NCBI GenBank assembly: GCA_963664705.1
Contig: OY761556.1
Coordinates: forward strand, 4,672,001 to 4,736,000
Direction: 5' to 3'
DNA length: 64,000 nt
Source of the DNA: Acidobacteriota bacterium
Lineage (GTDB): Bacteria > Acidobacteriota > UBA6911
Position numbers and translations under genes: made by a program. This document shows, in pieces, positions 1-10,331 of the stretch. Below the pieces are notes generated by a model. That model had not been told where the DNA came from, did no database searches, and worked only from the letters and a program-made list of their open reading frames with translations. How positions within the stretch are numbered: position 1 is the stretch's first letter; each line of letters opens with the position of its first letter.

Positions 1-15
1 GCGAGCAAGCGCATC

Positions 16-3000
16 ATGCCGCTGGCGCAAGCCGGAGATCAACAGCAGCTTCTGGACAACGTTGAATATTATGCCGATGAAAGACCTGAAGGGCAGGGGA
101 ACCCCGGAAAAGCGATACGGGCCGGAGTACCATTTATATGCAATGAATGCAGCAGCACAACCTGTGCTCTTCCCTATGAAAAAAGGCCGGCCCATTTCGG
201 GTTTCAATCCTGCGGATCCTTTCCCCTTCGCTTCCGAGGCCGGATTTTCGGCTCATTGAACCTGGCAGTTGCAGAGGCGGGATTTTTCCAGGATAAGGAA
301 ATCAGCACACTGGAAGAAATAGCCATGGATATTTCCTTCGCCATGGACAAGCTTGATGGAGATTCCAAGAGAACCGAGATTGAGGAGGCTCTTAAGCAAA
401 GCGAAAGCCGGCTGAGGCTCGCTTTGTCAGCATCCAAGATGGGGGTATGGGAAAGAGATTTCTTGAATGACAGGGCTTTCTGGTCACCCGAATGTTTCGA
501 AATTGCCGGAATGAAAGGTTCCGAAATTACAGCCGCAGCCTTTGAAAGACTCCTGCACCCCGACGATTCGCTTCGCGTTGCGCAGGAGATACGGAAAGCG
601 ATTGCGGACAAAGCCCTGTTCAAATCGGAGTACAGAATTCTTCGCTCAGACAGTTCGCTTGCCTGGATCTCCGACCTGGCAAAAGCAGATTATGACGAAT
701 CCGGAAACCCCGTTCGCATGGTTGGCATTGTACGGGACATTACCGCGCTGAAAAACTCGGAGAATGCCCTGCGCCATAGCGAGACGCGCTATCGAAAGCT
801 GTTTGAGGAAGCCACCGAAGGTATTGCATTGGCAAATCTGGAAAACGGACATTTTCTCGACTGCAACCGGGCATTTCTGCAGATGACCGGGTATGAGAAA
901 GAGGAACTGATCGGAAAGCCCCAGGCAATTCTTCACCCACGGCGACAGGAGGATGACGGAGTTGTTTCGCGCACATTCGCGCAGCATCGAAGCAGCCAGG
1001 AAGGCGCCACTATTACAGAATCGCTGATAACAAGATTGGGCGATGTCCGGCAGGTTGAAATCAAAGCCAACAAGCTGGAATTGGGAGAAGAGAGAATCTT
1101 GCAGGGGTTCTTCCGCGATGTTACCGATGAGCTGCGCTATCACCACGAACGAGAGACAACCCTGAAATTGCTGAGCCTGCTGAATGAGCCAACCGACATG
1201 CATCATCTGATTCGCGGGCTGACCGAATTCATACAGAAATGGACCCAATGCGAAGCTGTCGGAGTCCGGCTATGCGAAGGAGAAGACTATCCCTATTTTG
1301 AAACCAGAGGCTTTCCTTCGAAGTTCGTCGAAGCGGAAAGACAGCTTTGTTCATGCGATATGAACGGCCAAATTCTGAGAGATTCGCTTGGCCAGCCTCT
1401 TTTGGAATGCATGTGCGGAAACATCCTCCAAGGTCGCTTTGATCCCAGTTTGCCCTTTTTTACGGCAAAAGGGAGTTTTTGGACTAACTCCACAACAAAA
1501 CTTCTCAAGAGCACAACGGATGGGGATCGCCAGGGACATACACGCAACCGCTGCAATACGGAAGGGTACGAATCCGTCGCTTTACTGGCCTTACGCCATG
1601 GAAATCAGACGCTTGGGCTTCTGCAAATCAACGATATGGCAGAGGATCGTTTCACACCGGATCTGATTCACTTTCTTGAAAATGCCGCAGATCAGGTTGC
1701 AATTGCACTGGCTCAACGTCAGACCCAAAGCCAGCTGCAGGCCAGCGAGGAACGCTATCGTATCCTGGTGGAAAATGCCGGTGAAGTGGTGGCGGTAACC
1801 CAGAACGGAATGCTTCGCTTTGTAAACGCACAAGCGGAGGTTGTCAGCGGCTATAGTCGCAGTGAATTGATGGCCCTGCCATTCCTGAGCCTTGTTCACC
1901 CTGATGATCGCGGTCTTTTGGAAGGAACCCGGCAGCATGCCTCAAACCGGCAAGGCGTTCTCGAAGAGATTGTAATCCGAATCCTGCGAAAGGACGGAGA
2001 TATCCGCTGGCTGCGCATCAAGTCGCAGACCATCGAGTGGAACGACACCGCGGCAACCCTGGATATCTGTTCCGACATCACCGAATCCAGAAAGGCGGAA
2101 GAGGAACGGGAGCGATTAAAGGCACAATTATTCCAGGCGCAAAAAATGGAATCGGTAGGACGCCTGGCCGGCGGGATTGCGCACGACTTCAACAACATGC
2201 TTTTTGTGATTACAGGAAACGCCGATATCGTGCTGCAACAGACGGATGCTTCGAGTCCCATTTACCAGGACCTTCAGGAAATCAGGAGTGCAAGCCAGCG
2301 TTCCGCCGATTTAACTCGCCAGCTCCTGGCCTTTGCCAGGAAGCAATCCGTGAACCCGCAGGTAATGGATTTGAATGAGACGATCGGAAGCATGACAAAG
2401 ATGCTTCTCCGTCTGATTGGCGAAAATATCCACCTATCCTGGACGCCGGGAAACAATTTGCGAAAAGTGAAGATCGATCCCTCTCAAATCGATCAGATCA
2501 TCGCCAACCTGATTGTCAATGCCCGGGATGCGATCCACAGCAACGGAAATGTTTCGATTGAAACATCCAATACCCTCCTGGATGAGCGCTATTGCAGTCT
2601 TCATTTCGGTGCAAACCCGGGAGAATATGTACTGCTCGCTATCAGCGACACCGGCGAAGGAATGAGTACCGAAGTGCTGGACCACATCTTCGAACCCTTT
2701 TTTACGACTAAGGAATCCGGCCGCGGCACCGGCCTGGGACTGGCAACCGTTTACGGAATCGTTCAACAAAACAACGGCTATATCGATGTCGCAAGCGCCC
2801 CCGGACAGGGGACAACCTTCAAGATCTATCTGCCTGCGGTCTCAGAGGAGGCCGCCAATAAAGCTCAGGAGCGAGAGTCCGCCCAGGATCTGAAGAGCTC
2901 TGAAACCATTCTGGTCGTTGAGGACGAAACGCTGGTCCGTAAACTCTCCAGCCGAATTCTTCGAGATTGCGGCTACCAGGTGATTGAAGCAGCCAATGGA

Positions 3001-3264
3001 GCGGATGCTTTGAAAGCTGCCGCGGAATTCAAAGATGTCATCCACCTGGTTTTAACCGATATGGTCATGCCGGGAATGGATGTCCGGGATATGGTTTCCC
3101 AGCTCAAGAAAGCGCGCCCCGGCATCAAGGAATTATTTATTTCGGGATATACCGAGCATATGATTACCGACCCTACTATCCCCTTTTTGCAAAAGCCATT
3201 CACGATTGAAACGCTGGCGCGCAAGGTTCGGGAAGTACTTCTTCAGTCGAAATCAGGAAGATAA
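16..3264 (+). CDS. Multi-sensor (GAF/PAS) hybrid histidine kinase-response regulator; probably 5'-truncated by the window edge
   Basis: H-box QAQKMESVGRLAGGIAHDFNN; HATPase motifs (NLIVNARDA, DTGEG, GTGLGL); C-terminal REC (LVVEDE, LTDMVMP); several PAS/GAF segments. The frame is open back to base 1. Confidence 0.92.
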   Translation: MPLAQAGDQQQLLDNVEYYADERPEGQGNPGKAIRAGVPFICNECSSTTCALPYEKRPAHFGFQSCGSFPLRFRGRIFGSLNLAVAEAGFFQDKEISTLEEIAMDISFAMDKLDGDSKRTEIEEALKQSESRLRLALSASKMGVWERDFLNDRAFWSPECFEIAGMKGSEITAAAFERLLHPDDSLRVAQEIRKAIADKALFKSEYRILRSDSSLAWISDLAKADYDESGNPVRMVGIVRDITALKNSENALRHSETRYRKLFEEATEGIALANLENGHFLDCNRAFLQMTGYEKEELIGKPQAILHPRRQEDDGVVSRTFAQHRSSQEGATITESLITRLGDVRQVEIKANKLELGEERILQGFFRDVTDELRYHHERETTLKLLSLLNEPTDMHHLIRGLTEFIQKWTQCEAVGVRLCEGEDYPYFETRGFPSKFVEAERQLCSCDMNGQILRDSLGQPLLECMCGNILQGRFDPSLPFFTAKGSFWTNSTTKLLKSTTDGDRQGHTRNRCNTEGYESVALLALRHGNQTLGLLQINDMAEDRFTPDLIHFLENAADQVAIALAQRQTQSQLQASEERYRILVENAGEVVAVTQNGMLRFVNAQAEVVSGYSRSELMALPFLSLVHPDDRGLLEGTRQHASNRQGVLEEIVIRILRKDGDIRWLRIKSQTIEWNDTAATLDICSDITESRKAEEERERLKAQLFQAQKMESVGRLAGGIAHDFNNMLFVITGNADIVLQQTDASSPIYQDLQEIRSASQRSADLTRQLLAFARKQSVNPQVMDLNETIGSMTKMLLRLIGENIHLSWTPGNNLRKVKIDPSQIDQIIANLIVNARDAIHSNGNVSIETSNTLLDERYCSLHFGANPGEYVLLAISDTGEGMSTEVLDHIFEPFFTTKESGRGTGLGLATVYGIVQQNNGYIDVASAPGQGTTFKIYLPAVSEEAANKAQERESAQDLKSSETILVVEDETLVRKLSSRILRDCGYQVIEAANGADALKAAAEFKDVIHLVLTDMVMPGMDVRDMVSQLKKARPGIKELFISGYTEHMITDPTIPFLQKPFTIETLARKVREVLLQSKSGR

Positions 3265-3279
3265 CCTGGATGCGAAAAA

Positions 3280-3741
3280 TCAATTTTTTGGTTTCGATAG
3301 GAATTCTGCCTTGATGGCCGCCACCGCTGCCGGCAGCATCTTCTGCACTTCGTCCGAAAGATCTGTCCCCCAGTCAATGCGCGCGGGTTCTACGCCAAAA
3401 ACCACCACTTCCGGGGAAGAACTGTTTCCGGCTAGAAACAGAGCTCGCGACAGGTCGAAGCCATGCAGGGACATGAGTCTTTCTGTCCTGGCACACTCTT
3501 TAAAGGGCACCCGATAGATCGTTCCAGGTGCATGCCCCGCCTGCATGGCATCGATGACAATGATGCGATCCGCGTTTTCCATCTCGGGAATGGAATCAAG
3601 AAATGCAGTCCCCACATCAAGTGCTAGAGTATCGGGCGGCAACGGCTCTTCCTGGAGGGCGCGAACGATATGTACGCCCACGCCCTCGTCACCAAGAAGC
3701 AGATTGCCTATTCCCAGGATAAGCAACCTTTCGCTCCTCAT
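3280..3741 (-). CDS. Hydrogenase maturation protease (HyaD/HybD family)
   Basis: ILGIGNLLLGDEGVG and VIDAM motifs, SLHG motif; the ATG at 3741 overlaps the large-subunit stop (ATGA). Confidence 0.93.
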   Translation of the reverse strand: MRSERLLILGIGNLLLGDEGVGVHIVRALQEEPLPPDTLALDVGTAFLDSIPEMENADRIIVIDAMQAGHAPGTIYRVPFKECARTERLMSLHGFDLSRALFLAGNSSSPEVVVFGVEPARIDWGTDLSDEVQKMLPAAVAAIKAEFLSKPKN

Positions 3742-5213
3742 CGTATTCCAGCCTCCGCAACAACCACAGGTTCCCCTTCCGGACGCATAACATGCACGGC
3801 GCAGGACAGGCAAGGGTCAAACGAATGCACAACGCGCAAAACTTCAATGGGTCGTGCCGGATCCGATATCTTGGTTCCTATCAGCGCCATTTCCATCGGC
3901 CCATGCACTCCACTGGTGTCTTTGGGGGAGGCATTCCAACAGGTTGGCGTAATAACCTGGTAGTTCGCGATGGCCGGTCCGCCGGCCGGGGCGGTAGGAG
4001 CGGTAATCGCGGAGGTGCTGACCCAATGGCCCAGCGCTCCACGAGGGGCTTCGGTAAGCCCGATACCGGATTTGCCATAGGGAGCGGTGTATTGCGTATA
4101 CACCGAACCGCCGACTCGCAGCTGTTTCACCCAGTCCATCATGGCATAGGCAATCTTTTGTGTCTCCAGGGCGCGCGCCAGGTGGCGGTCCATCACAGAG
4201 ATTCCATTGCGATAATCGCCATTCACCCACATGCGGGCCAAAGGACCGCACTCCATGGGAGCTCCTCCTAATCGCGGCGCCTTCAGCCACGAATAGGCAT
4301 TGGTTTTTGTCGCAGGGTCCACTGTTACGGTGCTTCCATTTGCCGGGTTCAGGCTATTTGTAGCATCGGAGTACCAGGAATAGGCCACATGCTCTGAAAT
4401 CATTTTCGTGGATACGGATTGCACCCGCGTGGGAGCGGTATTGACCACAAATCCACGCTTCAAAAGCTTGGAGGGGTTGGAACTGTCATCCAGATCAAAC
4501 ACTCCATAGGCAAGAAAATTGCCGAAGCCATCACCTATCTGGCTGTAATCCGGATACACCGCTTTCAGAATTTGGGCATCGGGCAGATAACAGTCATTGA
4601 TAAAGGTGATCAGCTCTTTGAGATAAGCAGTAAAAGAACTGATCAGGCTGCTGGTGGGCTTGGTCGTGAAGCCGCCGGCCTGAAAGGCGGGAGGCATGGG
4701 CATCCTGCCTCCGAAAAGCGCGCCCATTTCATGGGCCTTTCGGCGCATCGCAATCGCCTTCACAAAATTACTGGAGACCTGCTGAAGAGCTGAATCAGAT
4801 CTCATATCCACATCCCAGGTTGGGGTAAAGGGGGCGCTGGCAGGCGGCCTTATATAATCAAGTGCAGACAAAAGATAGAAGTGGAGAATATGGGATTGCA
4901 GGAAATTCGCGCCCAATACAAGGTTTCGCAGAATTCTGGCATTTGTCGGAATGAGCATGTTCGCCGCATTTTCCAACGCCAGATTGGCAGCCAGGCCGTG
5001 CGACACCGGGCACACGCCGCAGATGCGCTCCGTCAAATAGGGAGCATCCTTGGGATCTCGCCCTTTGAGTATCGTTTCGAATCCGCGGAATAGAGTCCCG
5101 GTACACCTGGCGTCGATGACCTGCTGTTGTCCTCCAACCGCATCAATGGTCACCTGAACTTTCAAATGTCCTTCAATCCGAGTCACCGGATCAACGATTG
5201 TAATGATTGACAT
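3738..5213 (-). CDS. [NiFe]-hydrogenase large subunit (group 1-like)
   Basis: DPVTRIEGH N-terminus; L1 ERICGVC; L2 FDPCLSCAVH followed by a cleavable C-terminal extension; APRG motif. Confidence 0.96.
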   Translation of the reverse strand: MSIITIVDPVTRIEGHLKVQVTIDAVGGQQQVIDARCTGTLFRGFETILKGRDPKDAPYLTERICGVCPVSHGLAANLALENAANMLIPTNARILRNLVLGANFLQSHILHFYLLSALDYIRPPASAPFTPTWDVDMRSDSALQQVSSNFVKAIAMRRKAHEMGALFGGRMPMPPAFQAGGFTTKPTSSLISSFTAYLKELITFINDCYLPDAQILKAVYPDYSQIGDGFGNFLAYGVFDLDDSSNPSKLLKRGFVVNTAPTRVQSVSTKMISEHVAYSWYSDATNSLNPANGSTVTVDPATKTNAYSWLKAPRLGGAPMECGPLARMWVNGDYRNGISVMDRHLARALETQKIAYAMMDWVKQLRVGGSVYTQYTAPYGKSGIGLTEAPRGALGHWVSTSAITAPTAPAGGPAIANYQVITPTCWNASPKDTSGVHGPMEMALIGTKISDPARPIEVLRVVHSFDPCLSCAVHVMRPEGEPVVVAEAGIR

Positions 5214-5271
5214 CTTTGACTCCTAAAAGTTTTGTTTGGCAAATCGACGGTTATCCAATTCGACTCCGCGC

Positions 5272-6234
5272 CTAATCATCATTCCCGTGACAGGTAGTGC
5301 ATGTGGACCTGGGACTGCTGATCGTTTTGTGATCTCTGGGCAGCGCACCCATTGTGCTGAAAAGCGGAGCATACTTGTCCGGGAATCCGCTTTGCGTGCA
5401 TCCATGGCAGAGCGAATCCGCGCCAACGCACCAATTTACGCCGTTGTTCCATTTGCGGCTCGAGCAGTCGCCATAGGTTTGCCGGCCTTTGCATCCAAGA
5501 TTATTGAGGCAAAGACCCGTCTGGCTGAGCGATGTCGCCCAGTTCGTTTCTCTTCTCGGGCATTTGCTATGAACCGTGGCGCCGAACAATGTCGTCGGTC
5601 GTCGGAAGGAATCCAACGCGACATTCTGGCCGGCCAGGAGTTGGGCTATCGTCCACACAATCCAGTCGGGATGAGGAGGGCATCCGGGGATATTGATGGT
5701 GGCGATACCTCCGGCGCTCATAACATCTTTGACTCCGGTTGGATTCGGGACAGCGCCGGGAATACCGCCAAAGGAGGCACAGGTTCCTATCGACAACACC
5801 TTCGCAGCCTTGGGTGCAAGCGTTTTGATGGCGGTCAAGGCTGTGACATCGACGCCTTTCTCCGTGTAGAGGGTGCAGGCGGCCCCGTTATATTGCGTGG
5901 GAATAGCTCCTTCCACCGCCAGAATGAACGATCCCGCCGATGCGCTTTTCAGGGTCTGAACCGCCTGGTCCCCCGCCGCTCCCATCAGTACCGAGTGATA
6001 AACGAGGTCGATTGTGTTGATGAGGAGATCCGCGACATCCACCGGCGCACTGCCGGATATCCTGTTCGCCAGAGAAACCGTGCATCCAGTGCAACTTGCC
6101 CCTTTGAGCCAGATGATGGGCGGGCCGCTGGAGTTGGAGAGAGCTTTTTCCAGCGGGCCAAGGCCGGAGGTCAGCCCAAGTGCGGCCGCCGACAAGGTGC
6201 AGTAGTTCATGAACTCTCGTCTTGTTACTTTCAT
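5272..6234 (-). CDS. [NiFe]-hydrogenase small subunit, Tat-exported, with C-terminal CxxCH
   Basis: TRREFM Tat motif; proximal CTGC, GTCA and GCPP; distal HSKC..C..C; medial cluster cysteines; ends DH..CTTCHGNDD. Confidence 0.94.
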   Translation of the reverse strand: MKVTRREFMNYCTLSAAALGLTSGLGPLEKALSNSSGPPIIWLKGASCTGCTVSLANRISGSAPVDVADLLINTIDLVYHSVLMGAAGDQAVQTLKSASAGSFILAVEGAIPTQYNGAACTLYTEKGVDVTALTAIKTLAPKAAKVLSIGTCASFGGIPGAVPNPTGVKDVMSAGGIATINIPGCPPHPDWIVWTIAQLLAGQNVALDSFRRPTTLFGATVHSKCPRRETNWATSLSQTGLCLNNLGCKGRQTYGDCSSRKWNNGVNWCVGADSLCHGCTQSGFPDKYAPLFSTMGALPRDHKTISSPRSTCTTCHGNDD

Positions 6235-6516
6235 TTCGTCATTCTCCCTTTGCCTGTTGCAGGACACACATATCCTGACTTACGGACGGTCGCAGTCCGC
6301 AAGGCCACGTGGGTCCTTGTTGAATGAGAGTTAGATGGCGCTTCGATTACGCGAAGTGGGCAAGGCTATGACCGACATCTCATCTCTCACACTCGAATAA
6401 GTGTCGGAATAATAGATGAACCTCAGCCGGCCGGTCTGTGAGGGTTATCACGTGAGCGTAAAATCGCAAAAACGATGTTCAGAGCCTCCGGGAACGTTTG
6501 GTTTCCCGCATAGCGC

Positions 6517-8490
6517 CTACTTGGGCTCCATCTGGTGCGCATAAGCGCCCAGAGCAAGAATCGGGAAGTAATCTCTATATAGATGATATTGGATATAAAA
6601 AACCCTGGGGAACCCTGTTCCGGTAGTACTCGACTCTTCCCAGGTTCCGTCGGCCCGCTGATGATCCTGAAGCCAGCGAATTCCGCTTTGAACGGCAGTG
6701 CCGGCAACCTCGCCGGCAGCCATCAAGCCCAGCACCGCCCAGGCGGTTTGCGAGGGAGTGCTCGCCGCACGTTCGAATTGCTCGGTGTCATAGCTAAGAC
6801 AACTCTCGCCCCATCCTCCGTCCGGATTCTGGACTTCACGAAGCCACTTCGCACCCCGGGCCACAGCCTTTCTCGTCTGCGGTGCCCCAGTGGCGACAAG
6901 GCCGCGAATTGCCAGAAAAGTACCGTAGACGTAATTGACTCCCCACCTGCCGTACCAGCTTCCATTTGATTCCTGCCGCTGCAAAAGAAAATCAATCGCG
7001 CGGGTAATGGCAGGATCCTGATATTGGAATCCCCGGCGGCAAAGCGACTCCAGGACTCGTCCCGTAATATCCGCGCAGGTCGGATCCAGCATGGCGTTAT
7101 GATCCGCAAACGGCACTTTGTTGAGGATCTGCCAATTGTTATCCACATCAAACGCCGCCCACCCGCCATCGGAACTCTGCATCCCGAGCAACCACTGGAC
7201 GGCTCTGCGTTCGGCACGCTCCTGCTTTTCAGGTTCGCTCGATTTGGCATGCAGCAGCGCCAGGAGAACCATGGCCGTGTCATCAATGTCGGGGTAAAAC
7301 TCATTGGCAAACTCAAAAACCCATCCGGAAGGCGTCAAATCCGGACGCTTGGCAGCCCAGTCCCCCTTGCGCCGAATTTCCTTGGTCAGCAGCCAATCCG
7401 CGGCCGCCGTCAATGCCGCGGAGTTGCTTGCCGGTCCAAGCTCTCCCAATGCGAAGCTTGCAATGGCTGTATCCCAGACCGGAGATTTGCACGGCTGGAA
7501 AATCAGCCGGTCTTCAGTCTCCAGCATTAAGTCGTCAAACTGCCGGATCGCGAGTTGGAGATCCGGATGATCCCGCTCGTAGTTGAGCGCATCCATTGCC
7601 ATGATCGAATACATCATAGACGGGTAGATGGCTCCCAATCCTTCGCTGAATTGCAGCCGGTCGAGCATCCAGTGCTCGGCCTCCCGAATGGCATGCCCAC
7701 GGATCTTCTTGACGCTTTTGCGCTCCCAGCGCTTGAAAAGGGTATCCGCTTTGATGAACAGATTCGCAATCCGATCCTTGCGATGCAGCGCCAGCTTTCG
7801 GCTGGGATGCATGAGTTCATCAATGCGCAGGCCGTTCGGAGTTCGCTTTGTCCCACCAGCTGCCTGCACGATCGAAAGGGGAACAATGATGGTTCGCGTC
7901 CAGGAGGACATTTCGTACAGCAGGTTCCCGGGTATGATCATGATTTCGGGAGGGATGGTAGGACAGTACTTGCGCGGGAACAGATCGAAGAAACTGTAGT
8001 TGATCTTCGTGTAGCTGTTGCAGGACTGAATACCGCCGAGCCGAAGGATCAGATCCCGCGCTTTCCGCATCTGCGGAGCCTCCGGATCCGTCCCGGTCAT
8101 TTTCAGCATTGCATACGCCCGGACAGTGGCATTGATTTCCGATGGTCCCGGCTGAAAGATGCTCCATCCTCCATCCGGAAGCTGCGCCTCGACAATGGAT
8201 CGGACAGCCTTGCGAATCTTCGGCAGCGTGGGCGGATTCCACGTACCATCCGGCTTCGGCGGATACAGCCACATCTGCAGGAGAATGTAGTCCGATTGCA
8301 ACGTGGAATCGGCCGTAAGATCGCCACACCAGTACCCTTCGCGATATTGACGTGCCTCCAGGCTATGGGCGGCCGACTCTGCCGCGGCCCTGGCTGCATT
8401 CGCGGCAATTCGAGCTTCCGTTCGACTCGCCGGAGCCATCTCCTTTGCCGTAACCCTAAATTTTCGAACAATTCCCGGCAATTCATTCAT
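6517..8490 (-). CDS. shc: Squalene-hopene cyclase
   Basis: DIDDTA catalytic motif; multiple QW repeats (QLPDGGW, QSSDGGW, QNPDGGW, QRADGTW); GTGFP motif. Confidence 0.95.
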   Translation of the reverse strand: MNELPGIVRKFRVTAKEMAPASRTEARIAANAARAAAESAAHSLEARQYREGYWCGDLTADSTLQSDYILLQMWLYPPKPDGTWNPPTLPKIRKAVRSIVEAQLPDGGWSIFQPGPSEINATVRAYAMLKMTGTDPEAPQMRKARDLILRLGGIQSCNSYTKINYSFFDLFPRKYCPTIPPEIMIIPGNLLYEMSSWTRTIIVPLSIVQAAGGTKRTPNGLRIDELMHPSRKLALHRKDRIANLFIKADTLFKRWERKSVKKIRGHAIREAEHWMLDRLQFSEGLGAIYPSMMYSIMAMDALNYERDHPDLQLAIRQFDDLMLETEDRLIFQPCKSPVWDTAIASFALGELGPASNSAALTAAADWLLTKEIRRKGDWAAKRPDLTPSGWVFEFANEFYPDIDDTAMVLLALLHAKSSEPEKQERAERRAVQWLLGMQSSDGGWAAFDVDNNWQILNKVPFADHNAMLDPTCADITGRVLESLCRRGFQYQDPAITRAIDFLLQRQESNGSWYGRWGVNYVYGTFLAIRGLVATGAPQTRKAVARGAKWLREVQNPDGGWGESCLSYDTEQFERAASTPSQTAWAVLGLMAAGEVAGTAVQSGIRWLQDHQRADGTWEESSTTGTGFPRVFYIQYHLYRDYFPILALGAYAHQMEPK

Positions 8491-8704
8491 GCGACAACCC
8501 TTCCGAAGACTGTTTTCCAAAACCGTCATTCTAATACAGGTTTTAGGGAAATGCCTGTTTTTTTGGTTTTTGTGATCGAAACCCGTAACGTATGGCCAGG
8601 AATGCCCAAATTGTGCTATTCCTTATTGGAGGACAGCATGCACCGCAGACCGCCCTCCCTTGCAGGTGCCATCAGATACCATGGATGCTGGATAAGGAGA
8701 GTAT

Positions 8705-9082
8705 ATGTTGAAATCGGCGGCAGGAGTGGTCGCAGGATATGTCCTCTGGTCAGTGCTTTGGTTGCTCTATAATGCGGCACTTAAAAAGCTGGCTTTACTC
8801 CCAACCGATACGACGATTTCGATCCAGGGCAAAACAGTGCTTCTCCTGCTGCTCGCCGGCAGCATTGTGATGTCGGCGCTTGCCGGATATATAAACGCTT
8901 CCATTGCGGGATCAACCACCTACGCGCCGGTGATAACGCTGGGGCTTCTGCTGCTGGCCACGGGTATTTTCTTCCAGGCACAGTATTGGCATCTGATGCC
9001 CTTGTGGTATCACCTCTCCTTTCTGTTGCTGTTGCTTCCCCTCTGCCTGGTCGGGGCACGGCTGCACCTATCCAGGAGTTGA
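8705..9082 (+). CDS. Hypothetical membrane protein (about 4 TM)
   Basis: Hydrophobic segments, P.WY motif near the C-terminus, AAGGAG RBS upstream. Confidence 0.7.
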   Translation: MLKSAAGVVAGYVLWSVLWLLYNAALKKLALLPTDTTISIQGKTVLLLLLAGSIVMSALAGYINASIAGSTTYAPVITLGLLLLATGIFFQAQYWHLMPLWYHLSFLLLLLPLCLVGARLHLSRS

Positions 9083-9134
9083 AGCGGAGCCACGGAGCTT
9101 TCCCTGCGATGGGCCCATTCGCTGTTTGCTAAAC

Positions 9135-9779
9135 CTATAATTTCATACCGCACCAGAGGCCGTCACCCAGTGGAACAATAATGCTTTGAAGGGCGCGCTC
9201 TTTGGCCATGAGATCGTTAAAGACGCGCATGGGTTCTGAGCCGGCATCGGTCGGATCCAGGATGCGCCCGAATCCGAAGGCATTGTCCGCCATGATCAAG
9301 CCTCCGCGTCGAACGATACGCAGGCTCTCGCGAAGATAGAACGGATACCCATCCTTATTGGCGTCAATGAATGCCGCGTCGGCGGAATCGCTTTCAAATG
9401 CAGGCAGGATTTTTTCACCTTTTCCCCGGTAGACCCGTATCCTCTCCGCCACATCCGATTTGGAAATCCACTGTTCAGCGAAACCGGCATGCCGGTCTGA
9501 AACCTCGATGGTCCGGACATGGCCGTCCGGCGGAAGCGCCCGGGCCATCCATATCGAAGAATAGCCGGCCAGGGTGCCCACCTCAATGACCTGTCTGGCG
9601 CCCGAAATCTTCAGGAGCAGCTGCATGAAGCTCCCCTGCTCGGGAGAAATCCAGATGGGCGGGATGCCGGCACCTCTCGCTGCAGCTTTGAGGCGGCGAA
9701 GAAACTCATCCTCCGGAGTCGTGCGCCTGGCCAGATAGTTAAAGTGATCTGCGGTAACTGTGGTGGATGTCTCCGACAT
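9135..9779 (-). CDS. Class I SAM-dependent O-methyltransferase (caffeoyl-CoA OMT/Methyltransf_3-like)
   Basis: IEVGTLAGYS motif I, FIDANK, ADN; GGAGG RBS. Confidence 0.9.
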   Translation of the reverse strand: MSETSTTVTADHFNYLARRTTPEDEFLRRLKAAARGAGIPPIWISPEQGSFMQLLLKISGARQVIEVGTLAGYSSIWMARALPPDGHVRTIEVSDRHAGFAEQWISKSDVAERIRVYRGKGEKILPAFESDSADAAFIDANKDGYPFYLRESLRIVRRGGLIMADNAFGFGRILDPTDAGSEPMRVFNDLMAKERALQSIIVPLGDGLWCGMKL

Positions 9780-9940
9780 GATTGGCTCCTCCTCCGACCC
9801 TCTGGATGGTGGGATCGATAGGGACTTTTCGTTCTATTGTCAGGCCGGGGGGACGATCGCAGCACAGCGTGGCTGTGCCTTCAATGTAGACAAAGTATAA
9901 CGGTTGGGATGGGCCGATGTGCAGGGGGAACTGTGAGATT

Positions 9941-10058
9941 TGCGGGTTCTATTGACTCGCATTGTTCGCGGAGATACATTTCAGTTATTCTCCCTTCCTA
10001 TTCCCGACTGGATTCTCTTTTGGAATTCCCAGGTCTGCCGGAGAAATAGTTCTTTAGC
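9941..10058. repeat. 118-bp direct repeat, copy 1
   Basis: Identical to 10332-10449 except for one substitution (9991 T vs 10382 C). Confidence 0.95.
9952..9980 (+). promoter_or_regulatory. Sigma70-like promoter inside repeat copy 1 (also in copy 2 at 10343-10371)
   Basis: TTGACT-17 nt-TACATT, oriented towards the CBS gene. Confidence 0.55.
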
Positions 10059-10088
10059 CCCTGACTTGACCAAATTAGTAACCCCATT

Positions 10089-10243
10089 AACCGCGAAGAC
10101 CGCGAAGACCTCGAAGACCGCGAAGATCTTTTTGCTCTTTTGGCTGCCGGGCAATTGGATAGTGTAATGAATGATCTGGCGAGAATGATAGGCGCAAAGC
10201 CCACAAAGATATTTTCTTTGCGGTCTTTGCGGTCTTCGCGGTT
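10089..10243. repeat. REP/MITE-like element with inverted arms built from tandem 9-mers
   Basis: Left arm AA + about 4x CCGCGAAGA (10089-10126); right arm TCTTTGCGG TCTTTGCGG TCTTCGCGG TT (10215-10243) is its approximate reverse complement. Confidence 0.8.
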
Positions 10244-10331
10244 CAAATACAAAAACTAATCAACGCTATTTATTTATGGAACCTGATTGATCAAATCAGT
10301 AACCACAGATCTGACCCGCCATTTATCAATA

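Noticed and set aside
2120-2830. Similarity between the kinase cores of 16-3264 and 17873-21388
   Set aside because: Ordinary paralogy within a large hybrid-kinase family, not a recent duplication.
3738-3830. Possible selenocysteine ([NiFeSe]) hydrogenase
   Set aside because: The L2 motif is DPCLSC with ordinary Cys codons; the TGA is the normal stop after the C-terminal extension.
5236-6327. 363-aa plus-strand ORF, and similar long antisense ORFs at 7555-8772, 12142-13311, 18050-19441, 35989-37281 and 42891-43970
   Set aside because: They lie opposite well-supported genes and have no motifs; they are typical shadow ORFs of GC-biased coding sequence.
6270-6500. Short hairpins upstream of the hydrogenase operon considered as a riboswitch
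   Set aside because: No riboswitch consensus I can recognise; an Rfam/Infernal scan would be needed.
10089-10243. Tandem 9-mer repeats considered as a CRISPR array
   Set aside because: The units are too short, have no spacers and are arranged as inverted arms; no cas genes are present.
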